Positions 53,401 to 64,000 of a stretch of 64,000 nucleotides of DNA are shown in pieces (within the stretch, counting starts at the first letter, position 1; each line of letters starts with the position of its first letter). Where the stretch lies: positions 13,050,633-13,114,632 of the forward strand of contig OZ037769.1 in NCBI GenBank assembly GCA_964035545.1, in the 5' to 3' direction. The notes below the pieces were generated by a model. That model ran no database searches, was not told the origin of the DNA, and was given only the letters and a program-made list of their open reading frames with translations. The stretch comes from Bugula neritina. Its lineage: Eukaryota; Animalia; Bryozoa. Made by a program: the position numbers and the translations under genes.

Positions 53401-55438
53401 GTAACCACAGTTTACAGATATTCATGAAATCTCCGAGTTCATTAGATGAAAAACACATGGATAGCCCAAGATCTGACACAAATAAACAGTACTAAGGCAA
53501 GAAACTCTGCTAAACTAAGTTTTGATTATCACCTTGCCAACAACAAGCTTTCATAAACAGCAATGAAATTTAGTAAAGTGTTTGGTGTGAAAACAGGGCA
53601 TAGCACACTTGGCGCTTGGAGAGTTGCCAAAAACTGATTAAATCATACAAAGATCTGGCCAAGACAAAGATTAAGATGGCAAGATCGCATTCAGTAATAT
53701 TTTAGCAACTTGATCGAAGCTTTACTAGAAGTAAAACTAAAGTAAGTAGAGCGATAAAATTTTTATTCCAATTAGTACAAAGAAATTAGAAAGCTGTTAA
53801 AATGAAATTGTAGCTTATGACAAAAAAGGCAACAGACCTTTAAATTTTGAATTAGCATCCGTAAGAAAAGCAGCCGTGGTTGTCATAGTAACAAGAGGAG
53901 GCGTGGTGGATCCAGATCCAGGAGTGACAGACTGCAGTTGACTGGTTGGATGATGTATGCTGTTTAGAAAGGTTTCGTTGTAGAAGTTATTACAGATGGA
54001 ACCTTTGCAGTGGCAATATGTGTAGTGGTAAGGGGTATCAGGGGTGAACAAATCAGCATTCGTCTCGTTGTTGACAAAGAAATTGCCAGTGGAATGAGTG
54101 CAGTTGTTGAGAACACTTCCAGCTGGCGGGCTGTAGCATTCGGCGGCCATCTGAATCAAGAGATAATCATCACTGCATATACAAAATGTATACCATCAAG
54201 AGAGCATAACTCGAATGTACTAAAAAAGGCCTTTGTCGAGTTTGAACCCATGACTTGGTGCATACTAGGCCAAACACTCTAACCCTTAGATCACGGCTGC
54301 TCCCTTATAGTTGTACTATAAAGCCAGTATGAAACAAAACACAAGAAGATGCACACACGTGACCAGAACAATGGTAACATCTGATAGATGTCTTTATATA
54401 TGCAGTTCTGATGAATGAAACATTTGGTATCCACTGTACACAAAAACATTGATTGTCATAGTAACTTAGCAGTGCGTAACCTACCACCCCTCTTTGCCAG
54501 TTTGCCAAGGGTCCTGCCAACTTAGCCCACTCTTCACTTCTGCCAAATCTCAACAGACAGTACGGTTGTTCACATGAGACAAGTTGTCCATTGCATTCGA
54601 GGAGTTGTTCTTTAGGGATATTACTGCGTCGCATGGCATTGCGGCAATTCTTCCAATTGTACTCGAAACAGAGCCCTTTGTGCTCTACAGGGCTCTGCGT
54701 AGAACCAGTAGGTGACGGAGATTTAGAGTAGGAGTTTGGTGGTGTCCATCCATTATCGAGACAAAGTGTAGACAGACTTTGACTAGAGGAAGCAGTAGAA
54801 GTAGACGGAGTAGAAGTGGTGGTAGCTGATGGCATCTCAGGTGAGGTGCTACTTTCTGTACTCAGACTTTCAGAAACAAACTGTGATGTTGCATTCTGGT
54901 CCACAGCATTCACAGGGCACCAGCCGACTTGCAGCAGGACTAAAGAATATTGAAGTCAAATCTGAGAAGAGGTGGCATGTAACTAATAGCAACAGGAAAC
55001 TATCCAGTAGCAACAGAGCATACATAAGATTAGCCAATGTCAACAAAGCACACATTATGTATTTATATATAGCTATAGTTATAAAGCTTGTACAGTGCCA
55101 TGTCTAGTTAGCTATAACTGGCCAATCATTATAGAATACAAAACCAACACACAAACCCAAAAGGATTTTCCAATTTTGAGAGTTTTCGAGACATTTGTTT
55201 ACTAATTAACATACAACTGGTTTATTGTAGTTTAGAGGTCACTGGTGCTTCATTGGTGTACTAGAATTGTTGAACCAATTTTAAGATCAGTAGAAACTTT
55301 GTGAGTGAAAAATTGAAACAAACCAGTTACAACTGTGGAGATGGAATGGATCTGATTCATAGATACAGGTAAAAAAAAGAAGAATAGGACAGGGATTATT
55401 CACTTACCTGCGGAGATTACCAACCAAGAAACTATCAT
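44412..55438 (-). CDS. Divergent TGF-beta-family type II receptor Ser/Thr kinase (activin type II / TGFBR2-like), ~665 aa, 10 coding exons
   Basis: Exons 55438-55408, 54939-54485, 54150-53838, 52794-52540, 52074-51841, 51051-50902, 50201-50116, 47274-47133, 46726-46605, 44621-44412, all in phase. Signal peptide, S/T-rich segment, 10-Cys ectodomain ending CHCKGSICN, TM helix, and kinase motifs GRFG, VVK, HPKGSL, AHRDIKSMNVLL, IADFNLA, VGTVRYMAPE and RLTAQC. No canonical GS box. Confidence 0.9.
45113..45713. repeat. 28-bp minisatellite (AACTGACACAATAACAGAGGTGATACCT), ~21 copies
   Basis: Direct reading; head-to-tail units with no spacers. Confidence 0.97.
46776..46911. mobile_element. Foldback MITE-like element (family D)
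   Basis: GTTGGGGGTGACTGAGTGCAGTAGTTT...AAACTACTGCACTCAGTCACCCCCAAC; homologous to 22276-22410. Confidence 0.75.
47369..47537. mobile_element. MITE (family C)
   Basis: GGAGAAATTGAGAAAAGCCT...AGGCTATCTCAATTTCTCC; inverted homologue of 33004-33158. Confidence 0.65.
48096..48519. mobile_element. MITE (family E)
   Basis: TIR AAGTTGCGTTTATACCT / AGGTATAAACGCAACTT; reverse-complement homologue of 38696-39156. Confidence 0.85.
49520..49790. repeat. Degenerate minisatellite (CACAGTAGTGTAATATAGTAT-like)
   Basis: Recurrent GTGTAATAYAGTATA motifs. Confidence 0.75.
50670..50840. repeat. Degenerate tandem repeat (GTCAGCAAGGT-like)
   Basis: Recurrent GTYAGCAAGGTRTC motifs ~60 nt into the receptor intron. 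Confidence 0.65.
52222..52482. repeat. 42-bp minisatellite, ~6 copies
   Basis: Unit GTTACTAGTGAGTAATAGTATATAGTAGTGAATTAGTGATTA. Confidence 0.95.
52962..53041 (-). repeat. Decayed tRNA(Gln)-like unit (family A), intronic
   Basis: GTTCCATGGTGTAGTGATTAGC...CTTCCAAGCCAGAGGTCTGCAGTTTGAAACCC followed by a T-run. Confidence 0.6.
54225..54303 (-). mobile_element. SINE family B, head only
   Basis: GGGAGCAGCCGTGATCTAAGGGTTAGAG...GGTTCAAACTCGACAAAGGCC. Confidence 0.65.
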
Positions 55439-56809
55439 TTCTTTGACTCTCAGACACCAGGAAATTTCCAACCATTAATTAGGATCTAGATAAGTTGTAA
55501 TGTATACTATATAGACAATCATTCATCAGGGTATACTTATTATACTTATTACTCTGTAATGTATCATACACATCTAAAAGGTTTAGAAATAAATTTATCA
55601 ATTTGAAACTAAACCTTCTCTAGAGACTAGCAGTCTGTTGCTGGAAGTAGGTCTTCCAGTGACTAGAATAATTAAAGATAAGAAATACTAAATAAACTTC
55701 AAAAAATTTGTTGCACGATATAGAATAAACTAAGTTCAGGCCAAGCAGAATACAAACGAGGAGGTGTAAATCAGTTCCACTCAACTCTGTATTATACTCT
55801 ACTGTCATAAAGCCAAGCTAACAAAATATATTGATATTCTTTCATTGATTCACAGCTGTCAATAAGAAATATCGGTTCAAACTTTACAACTGACACATGT
55901 AAGAGTTTCGGATTGAGAGATGAGCCCTGAAAGTGAAGTGTGCCCCTCTGCATGCCTCTCTACTAGTACTACTACTAGAGTTAATACTATTATAATAATT
56001 ATTTATTAATAATAAAAATAACTTACACAAGTAACTGCGAGAAGGCTTAGTCACACGTTATAAAAACACGTCAAAGCCAAAACGCATGAAGCTGAGGTAA
56101 TCCAAAGGATCAAGTTCAAGTTGACTCTGAGAATGAGGAGCGAAAGCAATGACCCAGACTGGGACTGCAACTCTAACTCAAACTGTGAGCTAAAGAGTTG
56201 ATAGGGTGTTAATTCACGTTATTTCTATAAAGTTGAAATACAAAAGATTCACAACATAACCCTTAAGTAAAACACTTGCTGTTGCTACGGTTTTCAAAAT
56301 GAATATAACCAGCAAAAAACTGTGTTTTCTGTTAATAAGTGTTGACATGCTGCCGACTTTTGTTTTCTTTGCAGAGTTCTGTCCTACTATCACGCCCAGT
56401 ATTCCTTGACCTTGGCTTGTAACCTTTGAAGATTTCGTGCTCAGCGAACCTTAACAGCGTGCTAAGTAAGACACTTGTACAAACAACATGCTCAACAAAG
56501 GAACCTGGTGTTTAGCGTTAAACTTTATTTGCGTTTGGGCGGTATAAAAGAACGCCCGTGGGAGTACGCTATAAGCTAATCTCCACCAAGGTCTTCCTAA
56601 TCAAGGTTTGAAATGCACCTGATCAGTAATCTCACTTCAGTATAAGCATTTTCGTTACGATTATTAATATTATAATTATCAGCATAAACTGCAACTCAAC
56701 CGGTATTATCAACGCTCTACACTCACATTGTAACGCTTTAATGACTTCAAATAAAATTGAAGTGCCTTTTATTGTTAATTACTAAGCAGAGATGGAAATA
56801 ACGCACTTG

Positions 56810-57560
56810 TTCTTACTCTTAGTCTTACTCTTAGTCTCAGTCTTACAGTTAGTGTTACTCATACTCATGACTACTCATAGTCTTACAGTTACTGTTAGTG
56901 TTACTCTAACTCTTACTCTTGTTTCTTAGATGTACTGATCAGTGATGGTCTTACCAGTTCTGAGTTAGTGTTACGGTTTATTTTATAGTATTAATAACTA
57001 AGAACTATAGGGTAACTTATAGTTACACTTATACTTATAGTATACTTATACTTATAGTTATAGTTATAGTAATTGTAAATGTCATGGAAATTATAGACTA
57101 TAGAGTATAGTCATAGAAATAGTATTAGTTATACTTGTAGTAACACTACATTGTGATTGACTTTCACTTCTAGTGACATATTCATCAAAATGATATTGAT
57201 AATCATAATAAATTGATTCCAGTCATAATGATTAACTTTAGGTTTAACTTTAAAGTTAATGTAGATGATCATGATGATGATGATCATGAATACCTATTGA
57301 TATTCCTATTGATAATAATAATTATTAATTGTACTTATACCTATAGTCATCATCATTATGGTTGTTTTGATGATTGTTTGAAAATCATAATCACTCTAAG
57401 TTTATGATAATCATAATGTAAAGGTTATCATATTTCTAAAAAAAATTCAACATCAGAATAATAATATTAAATTTAATGATAATGGTTATCGTAACCAATT
57501 ACAGTTAAGATGATCATAATTATTATATCATAATCAATAACAATTGATTTCATATTTAAT
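56810..57560. repeat. Degenerate triplet/hexamer-periodic tract (CTTACT, GTTATA, ATGATT)
   Basis: Direct reading; low complexity with 3-bp periodicity. Confidence 0.65.
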
Positions 57561-57589
57561 TTTATTACAATCATTATGATTAGCTATAG

Positions 57590-57957
57590 AGTGCATGTCA
57601 TTTCGTACACAAGTCGTTTCGTACCCACTTTTTCAGGTAGTTTAGTACACATCAATATAAATTAACTACAATACATATTTTTGATATTTATTTATTATTC
57701 TCACTAGCAACTTGCACATTTCATAAAAAAAATATATTAATTTACAACATTGGTCAATAGGTGACATAGGAGGTGTGAAAGATTCATGCTGGGATGCAAT
57801 AAATAACTAAACTAGTATCATTCAAGTGGTTATTCAGTAGATTAATTCATTTTTCATTTTGTGTACGAAATGGACAGCAGTTTGTGTGCGAAATGACCAT
57901 TTTGTATATAAAACAAAGGGTGTACAAAGCGACTTGTGTACGAATCAACAGTAACCC
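57590..57957. mobile_element. Non-autonomous DNA element with inverted subterminal motif repeats
   Basis: Left end has repeated TTTCGTAC(A/C)C and right end has repeated GTGTACGAAA, including the inverted pair TTCGTACACAAGTCG / CGACTTGTGTACGAA. Confidence 0.6.
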
Positions 57958-59505
57958 TGATTATGATTATCATATTGATATTTTCTTAAAAATGCTATTA
58001 GGATTAAATCATTAATATTAGTATAACTGTAAGTATTAGTCTATTACTACTAGTGTCTAGTAATAGTATTAGTAATACTCATGGTCATAGTCATACTCAT
58101 GCTGATATTGATACTGTATGATAATTATAAATATGGTGTTTGTAACTTATTAGTAATGCATTTGCTATTGATACTATTTCTGAGCGACAGCAGTAGAATT
58201 GGGGTGAAGTTTCAGCAAGTCAATAATGATCAATTTATTTAGTTAAGACTCAAGTTAAAATTCAAGTTAAATACTCAAAGTTAAACTGAATCACAGTGAA
58301 AGCTGACTCTGAATAAAGTCATGGTCATGGTATCTGTACATAAAAACTGATTTCAAATTCATTAATCATGAATAGTTTTATTCAATTTTAATATACGAGC
58401 TGCAATTTTTTGCTCAATCTAGACATTATTATCAAGACATTGATGATATATGTTAACTGTCATGTGTATTAGACTGCAGTGCCACAATATAGCTGATAAA
58501 TCATCCGAAAAACTGACTTTTTGCAAAAAGTTGAATCCAAGTCTAATGAATACAATACCTTAAGTCAATTCAAATTTGTTATATTGTTGATTGATGTCAT
58601 ATTCAATAAATGCAACTATGAGCGTTTTTTATAATAATTTCAATGTAATACAATGAATTGGTAGGTGTAGTTTTACTGTTTTAGCTATACTGAGTTTTTA
58701 GTTATCCATAAATAAATATTAATAGCACAATTTATGTAATAAATTGCAAATCTGCCAATTAACTTTTTAATGGCTGATGAGATAAACGTAAGGTGGTTAT
58801 TTAATTTTATGCAATTTTGTCTTGAAAATTTTAGATAATTGTAAATCATTTTATACACAAAAAAAAAATGTTGTTGAAATATTCTTTAAGATTTTGAAAA
58901 AATTATTTAATATTTTAGTTACTGAGATTGAAACATTTTGTAGCTAATTACTTAACGTTTTTAAATTAAGTACTTAAACAAATCACATAAAACTCAAATT
59001 AGCAGACTATTGAAAAATATACTCATTTATTTTATTTAATAAAACTGTGACGTTTTTTATATCATGTTTAGAATGTAGCTTATTACCAAACATGTTGACT
59101 GCTCACAACTAATCCTGTCTCTATAAAGCTAGAGACTCTTTCTTCTGCTTGCCTTTAGTTCCAGTAAGTTACATTTCACACCCGGCTGGTGTCGACTAAC
59201 CTCTTCATTGGGTAGTTACACCACCAGCGCACACTAACTGGAGGCAAATGCATTACATCACCTCCAGTGGTGTTTACTCTAGCTAAACATAAAGTTGTAG
59301 TGGTTATAGTTGATGAAATAAACTCAATATTGAACAAAAGCAATAATCAGAGACCTAATGTAATGCTGTTTCATGTACTTCTAGTGATTCACTTACTATT
59401 TTTTTGCACAGGATTTTTTAGTTGAACTATGAAATATACAAAGCATGAATATAGTGACTACACTTGTCTTGTATGTTTATTGTATCACTTCCTATTAGTA
59501 GGAGA

Positions 59506-62479
59506 ATGGACGGTGATAGCAGCGAAGTAGATGCTTCTCATGTTGTGAAATATGAATGTAAGCTCAACTTATGACTTTCCTTGGATAGTTTAGACCTATA
59601 CTGAATTCTTGTATATTATTAATAGAAAATGGACTAGTAAAATTGATTGAGTAGAACAGATTGCAGACATTTTCTTCGTTTGTTGAAGTAAAACGTAAAT
59701 ACTTGTAAATGTTTATTTAATGTTTAGGAAGCCACACCTTTCTCACAGTGATAGACTAAAAATATGTTATTTTAGTTATACAGGCCAAATGTTTTGTTGT
59801 AGATCTGGATCATACTGCAGACGTACAGTAAGTGGCCATTAGTGATTGCAAGTGTTGGGGGTAGCATCGTGTATGCTGAGTCATTACCCATGGCTACTTC
59901 TATGTTAATTGTATTCATATGCAATATTATATACGTTTTTAAAAGTGAGTTTATACATTTGCGATTTTAGTTAAAAATTTACTTTGTTTGAGTTGAAGAT
60001 TTCGATAAGTCGCCTTGTATTATAATGAAGCAGATCATTAAAATTATTATCTTATGATCACTTTATTAGCACATTTACAGTATACAGTTGACGTGGTTGA
60101 TTAATCCCTTTAGTTAACAGCATTCAACAATTACTTATGCAGAATGGCATCGGATAAAGCTTCATTGATTCAAGTAAAATCTCTAAATTGCGTAATAAAG
60201 GTGCTGATGTCTATCGATGTTTAAAGAAGCCTAATTTTATCTTTAAGCAAGTCATGTATTATTGTTGGAAAGTGATAATGCTCATGGTTTTAATATGGTT
60301 TCTGCGAAACTAAAAGAATGTGCTAGACTGAGTGGAATGAACTGAAACTCAGCTGTTGTTTCAGGCGTAGACATCGCTGGATCATTTCCGAATTTTTATC
60401 TTTAAAGGCTTTACAAAGATATTTTTGTTTTAATATAAAATCATTATTTTTCAGAGATGGTATAAATAATTATTATTAGAAAACTTATAGCTCATTCATG
60501 TTGATTGCATACCGTGGCGATAGCATCACTCAGCTATGCTCCTGTTGACAGTAAACAGGAAGCTAGGGCTACTCTGTCACAGAGGTTGGCTAGAATGAAG
60601 AGGATATTGTGTTATCATTGTAATCATGACCTCTCCTTATGTACACATGCAACTTGCAACTCAAATACCAAGTGGAAAAGTTTCGTAATCTTTTAATCTT
60701 TAGCTCCTGACTGACCGAGAAAAATTGCTGTTCATACAGAAATATATATACTATTGGTATTATATATATATATATATTTATATATATATTTATATATAAT
60801 ACTAATAATAAAAAATACTTGTTCACAGGCTGCACTCCTGGGGGTGCGACTTGAAGGAGGCATTTGCCCAGTGTGCCATGGCAATGTATGGGTACATGAC
60901 TGAGATAGAGACCGTAGAGGAAGTGATGCAACAAGTCATAGAGGTCAGCGGTGAGTAGATTAGCTGACACTTTACTATATCTAGTCTCTTCTCTCAATAA
61001 GGGTATAACAATGCTGGTTAGGAGAACAACAGAAGATATAAAAATAAGTGAATCTTGGTTCTCAGTGCACAGTGTTTTGTACTGTGGACATAGCTGAGCT
61101 TGCATCTAGAAAATACTGTTTTTATCTTCTCAAACTAATGACTTAGTTCAGTGATTTTTTTCACTCACAGCATTAATACTTCCATTCAGATGAGTTTATA
61201 TTGTGTGCATAGTGTAGTTTCTTCAAGTTAGTGAGAGTAAAATAGCTGTATGTGTGTTGGCAGGTGAAGATATGCTTTCTCTACTCTATCAATTCCTGGA
61301 CGAGTGTTTGTTCCTGTTCTCGTGTGACCCATTCTTCATTGCTAAGGTGGGTTCTTTATTGCTAAGGTGGGTTTTTTATTGCTAAAGCGAGTTTTTCATT
61401 GCTAAGGTAAGATGTGCATTATGTATACATAAACACACTCAGACGTATACATGCATACATATATATGTTTGTTTATACAGGCTACTGTCTTTCAAATAAA
61501 ACTGTGAAAATATTGTCTATAAAAATTGTTATATTCAATAGAAAGCTGAATTTGTGACTACATAGAAATCTGATCGTTTTTATTATCACCTTTTGTTTAC
61601 ACAAAAGTGCTTCTTCTACGTTCATTCACCTATATGTATTCCTTTAAAGTCAATTCTATGTTTCAGAGAATAGTCATAGAGGAGATGGATATGGAGAATT
61701 TCAAAATTAAAGCAGTAGGGTAAGTTGAAAACCCCAACTAAAAGTACATACTTGAATACGAAACAGGCCTATAGATATTATTTATATAAACATGATGTTT
61801 TATATGGAAACACATAATCTATATGCCTCATGTTTGCTTAGCAAAAAAACGTGTTTTGGTAACACGTTAAAATTAACTTTTAATTCAAGATGGCTGCTCA
61901 TTCTCCTGGTAGCATATTCGAATCAATACTTTGGCTTACTGATTCAAGGAATGCGGAATTACTTGAATAAGAGCAAATCTAATGCTTAGCCTAAATAATT
62001 TCGACATCCATATACTGGTTCTACTGTATTTTATTGTAATTATGATGAAAGTTTATTAAATTGATGGATAATTTCATAGCTAGGACAACTCCTGCAAGTC
62101 TCGTACACTGTTATTTAATATTAATTATATTATTCAAAACTGTACACTGGCTATAAAACTACTGAAATACAAACTTTTATTTCAGAATAAATTCCATTTG
62201 GCACATTTAGTAACGATTACTCTATCACCGATAAAGAAGACAATCTCTCTGGCGTTTTAGAAATAAAATTAAATCAATGCTCTCAGTTTTGTATGTATTA
62301 TATTAATTGTTACCTCTGGCTGTTTGTGGTTTAGATTTGGTGAAGAGTTTGATTTGGGCAAACATCCACAAGGCACTGAGGTCAAAGCAGTGACTTATAG
62401 CAATATGCAGATACATGAGCATGATAGTGAGGCTTCCCCTGATGGTCTGGCACATGTGTTTGTTGTCATAGACATATAA
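59506..62479 (+). CDS. ZBTB8OS: Protein archease (159 aa, 6 coding exons)
   Basis: Exons 59506-59557, 59803-59827, 60829-60950, 61264-61346, 61667-61719, 62335-62479. Motifs KYEYLDHTADVQLHSWG, EAFAQCAMAMYGYMT, SLLYQFLDE, GEEFDLGKHPQGTEVKAVTYS and VFVVIDI*. Missed by the ORF track. Confidence 0.96.
61330..61410 (+). repeat. 20-bp tandem repeat (x4) spanning the archease exon 4 splice donor
   Basis: TT(C/T)ATTGCTAAG-GT unit recurring with 20-bp period (unit ends at 61346, 61366, 61386, 61406). Confidence 0.85.
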
Positions 62480-64000
62480 GGTAGTTAGATCAAAAGAAGG
62501 TTTAACTTCTTGCAATACAAAATTAGAGACAAATACTTTGAAGTTAGTTTTGTTGCTTACAGGTGCTCACAACTCTCTATTATTGCAGACGGGATGGTAT
62601 CCTTAAGATACTAGACTTGGCGAGTGTGGCATTTCCCAACTGGCGTTTGATTCCCTGAAGCCTCTTTGACTAAGTTTACTGGTTGATAAGCCTGGACCGG
62701 ATTATTATGTAAGCTCCGCCTCTGAAACATTTCCTTATTTGAGGAGAGATTAGACATACATGAGTTCTAAGGGTATCTTTACTGACATAGACGTATTGTC
62801 TATCTGAGACATTGTAGAAGTATATGGCAGTTCCAATTTAGTTATGAGGATAATGAGCTAAGGCTATGTATTGATATTGAGTCTAAGAACTCTTGCTAAG
62901 TAGCTGGAGTTATGTCTCTGGAATTCAACTGTTGAATCTCAGTTTCTCTGCTGCTTATTAGAAACACGGAATTAGTCAGGGTTTGAGCTCAGCAGGTCAA
63001 AGGTTAACTCTTCTGCTCAAAAGAAACTCAGCTCAACCATGAGATGATCATTTCGTGCAAAAAAGTAAAACATTTTTCAAGCTGAGAAACTTTACACCAG
63101 AGAGTAATGAAACATTTTCACAGTGCGGACAACTCCCAACTCATCACCATTATACTATTAGTAAAAGTACTGCCACCACAACTGTAATTCCTCTCATTAT
63201 TTAATATTTTAAAGGACAAACTTTAGCCAAAGCATAAATTTTTTCTCCATGCCTGAATATTTCTAAAATCAAATCTAGACTTCTCTGTGACTTAACTTAC
63301 TCTGTCACAGCTAAGTCTGACTTGACATAGTGACTCTGAGTTAGTATATCTCTACCCAAAATATCTAGCTTGAACATTGCTCAATTAGTAATAACAGTTC
63401 ATTGGCTCTATTTCTTAATTGTAAGGGTGCCATCAACTGCAACATTTTTGGTTGCTATGTTAACATGACTATTAATTTATTCAATCATTTGTCTTAGGCA
63501 ATAGTAATATTTATTATTAGGTAGTAGATGAAAATCTGTGTGGTGTTTTCTTCTCTTTTTTCAAATACTTGTTTTTAAATTTTAATTTGGTTTGAAATAA
63601 AAATATTATTACTAAAGTTTTGTTTTAACTTCACTGCAGTTTAACAGACTTACAGACTGTATGATTTGTAGCACCACTCACTAGATGAGAATATACTCTA
63701 CTACATGATTCGTATGTATATAGATTTGTGTGACATCCTTGCTAACTTTTATATTTTTTTATAACTTTCAATAAAAATATTTTATTGCATCAGCAAAAGA
63801 GTGATTTATTAAAGATACACGAGCAGCTAAAGCATAACAAAAAGCCATTATTTAAAACAGTTGTACATGCATAAAATAACAAGAAAGTAATTAAATGATT
63901 TTGCAACCAAACAGTTCTGCTGAGTTTTACACTGTGTTTTGTGACATCACGAGCATTTGCTTCTGCATTGTTGTAAGTTTCTTCTCTATTTGTGCACTTT

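Noticed and set aside
55620-55808. Hydrophobic 62-aa ORF upstream of the receptor
   Set aside because: No splice link to the receptor frame, and a better signal peptide starts at 55438; likely intron or UTR.
60590-61105. 171-aa minus-strand ORF
   Set aside because: Antisense to archease exon 3 and crosses an (AT)n tract; no recognisable domain.

Overview
AT-rich, intron-rich animal genomic DNA. The H2B N-tail and repeat content suggest a spiralian/lophotrochozoan invertebrate, but the species cannot be determined from sequence alone. Hand-built exon chains (splice phases checked) give, left to right: (1) an unusual type I membrane protein with signal peptide, 50 uninterrupted Gly-X-Y triplets, 2.5 cbEGF modules, a TM helix and a cytoplasmic tail, with a decayed Academ-like transposon (itself carrying an RTE LINE fragment) in one intron; (2) MEIG1 (-) head-to-head with CFAP221/PCDP1 (+) around RFX X-boxes; (3) a solitary core-histone quartet (H3, H4, H2B, H2A; no H1) with stem-loops and a shared 13-bp promoter motif; (4) a dead Buster/Charlie-type hAT element with a GC-AG intron containing a tRNA-like unit and a nested 2.4-kb foldback element; (5) DCP1; (6) a strongly divergent TGF-beta-family type II receptor kinase (-) with DFN in place of DFG; (7) archease (ZBTB8OS). 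tRNA-derived SINEs, MITEs and minisatellites are scattered throughout, and most tandem arrays start at or just after 5' splice sites. The best novelty candidates are the collagen-cbEGF-TM architecture, the divergent type II receptor, the histone promoter palindrome/motif and the NR-loop change in DCP1. No database searches were run; gene identities rest on recalled family motifs.
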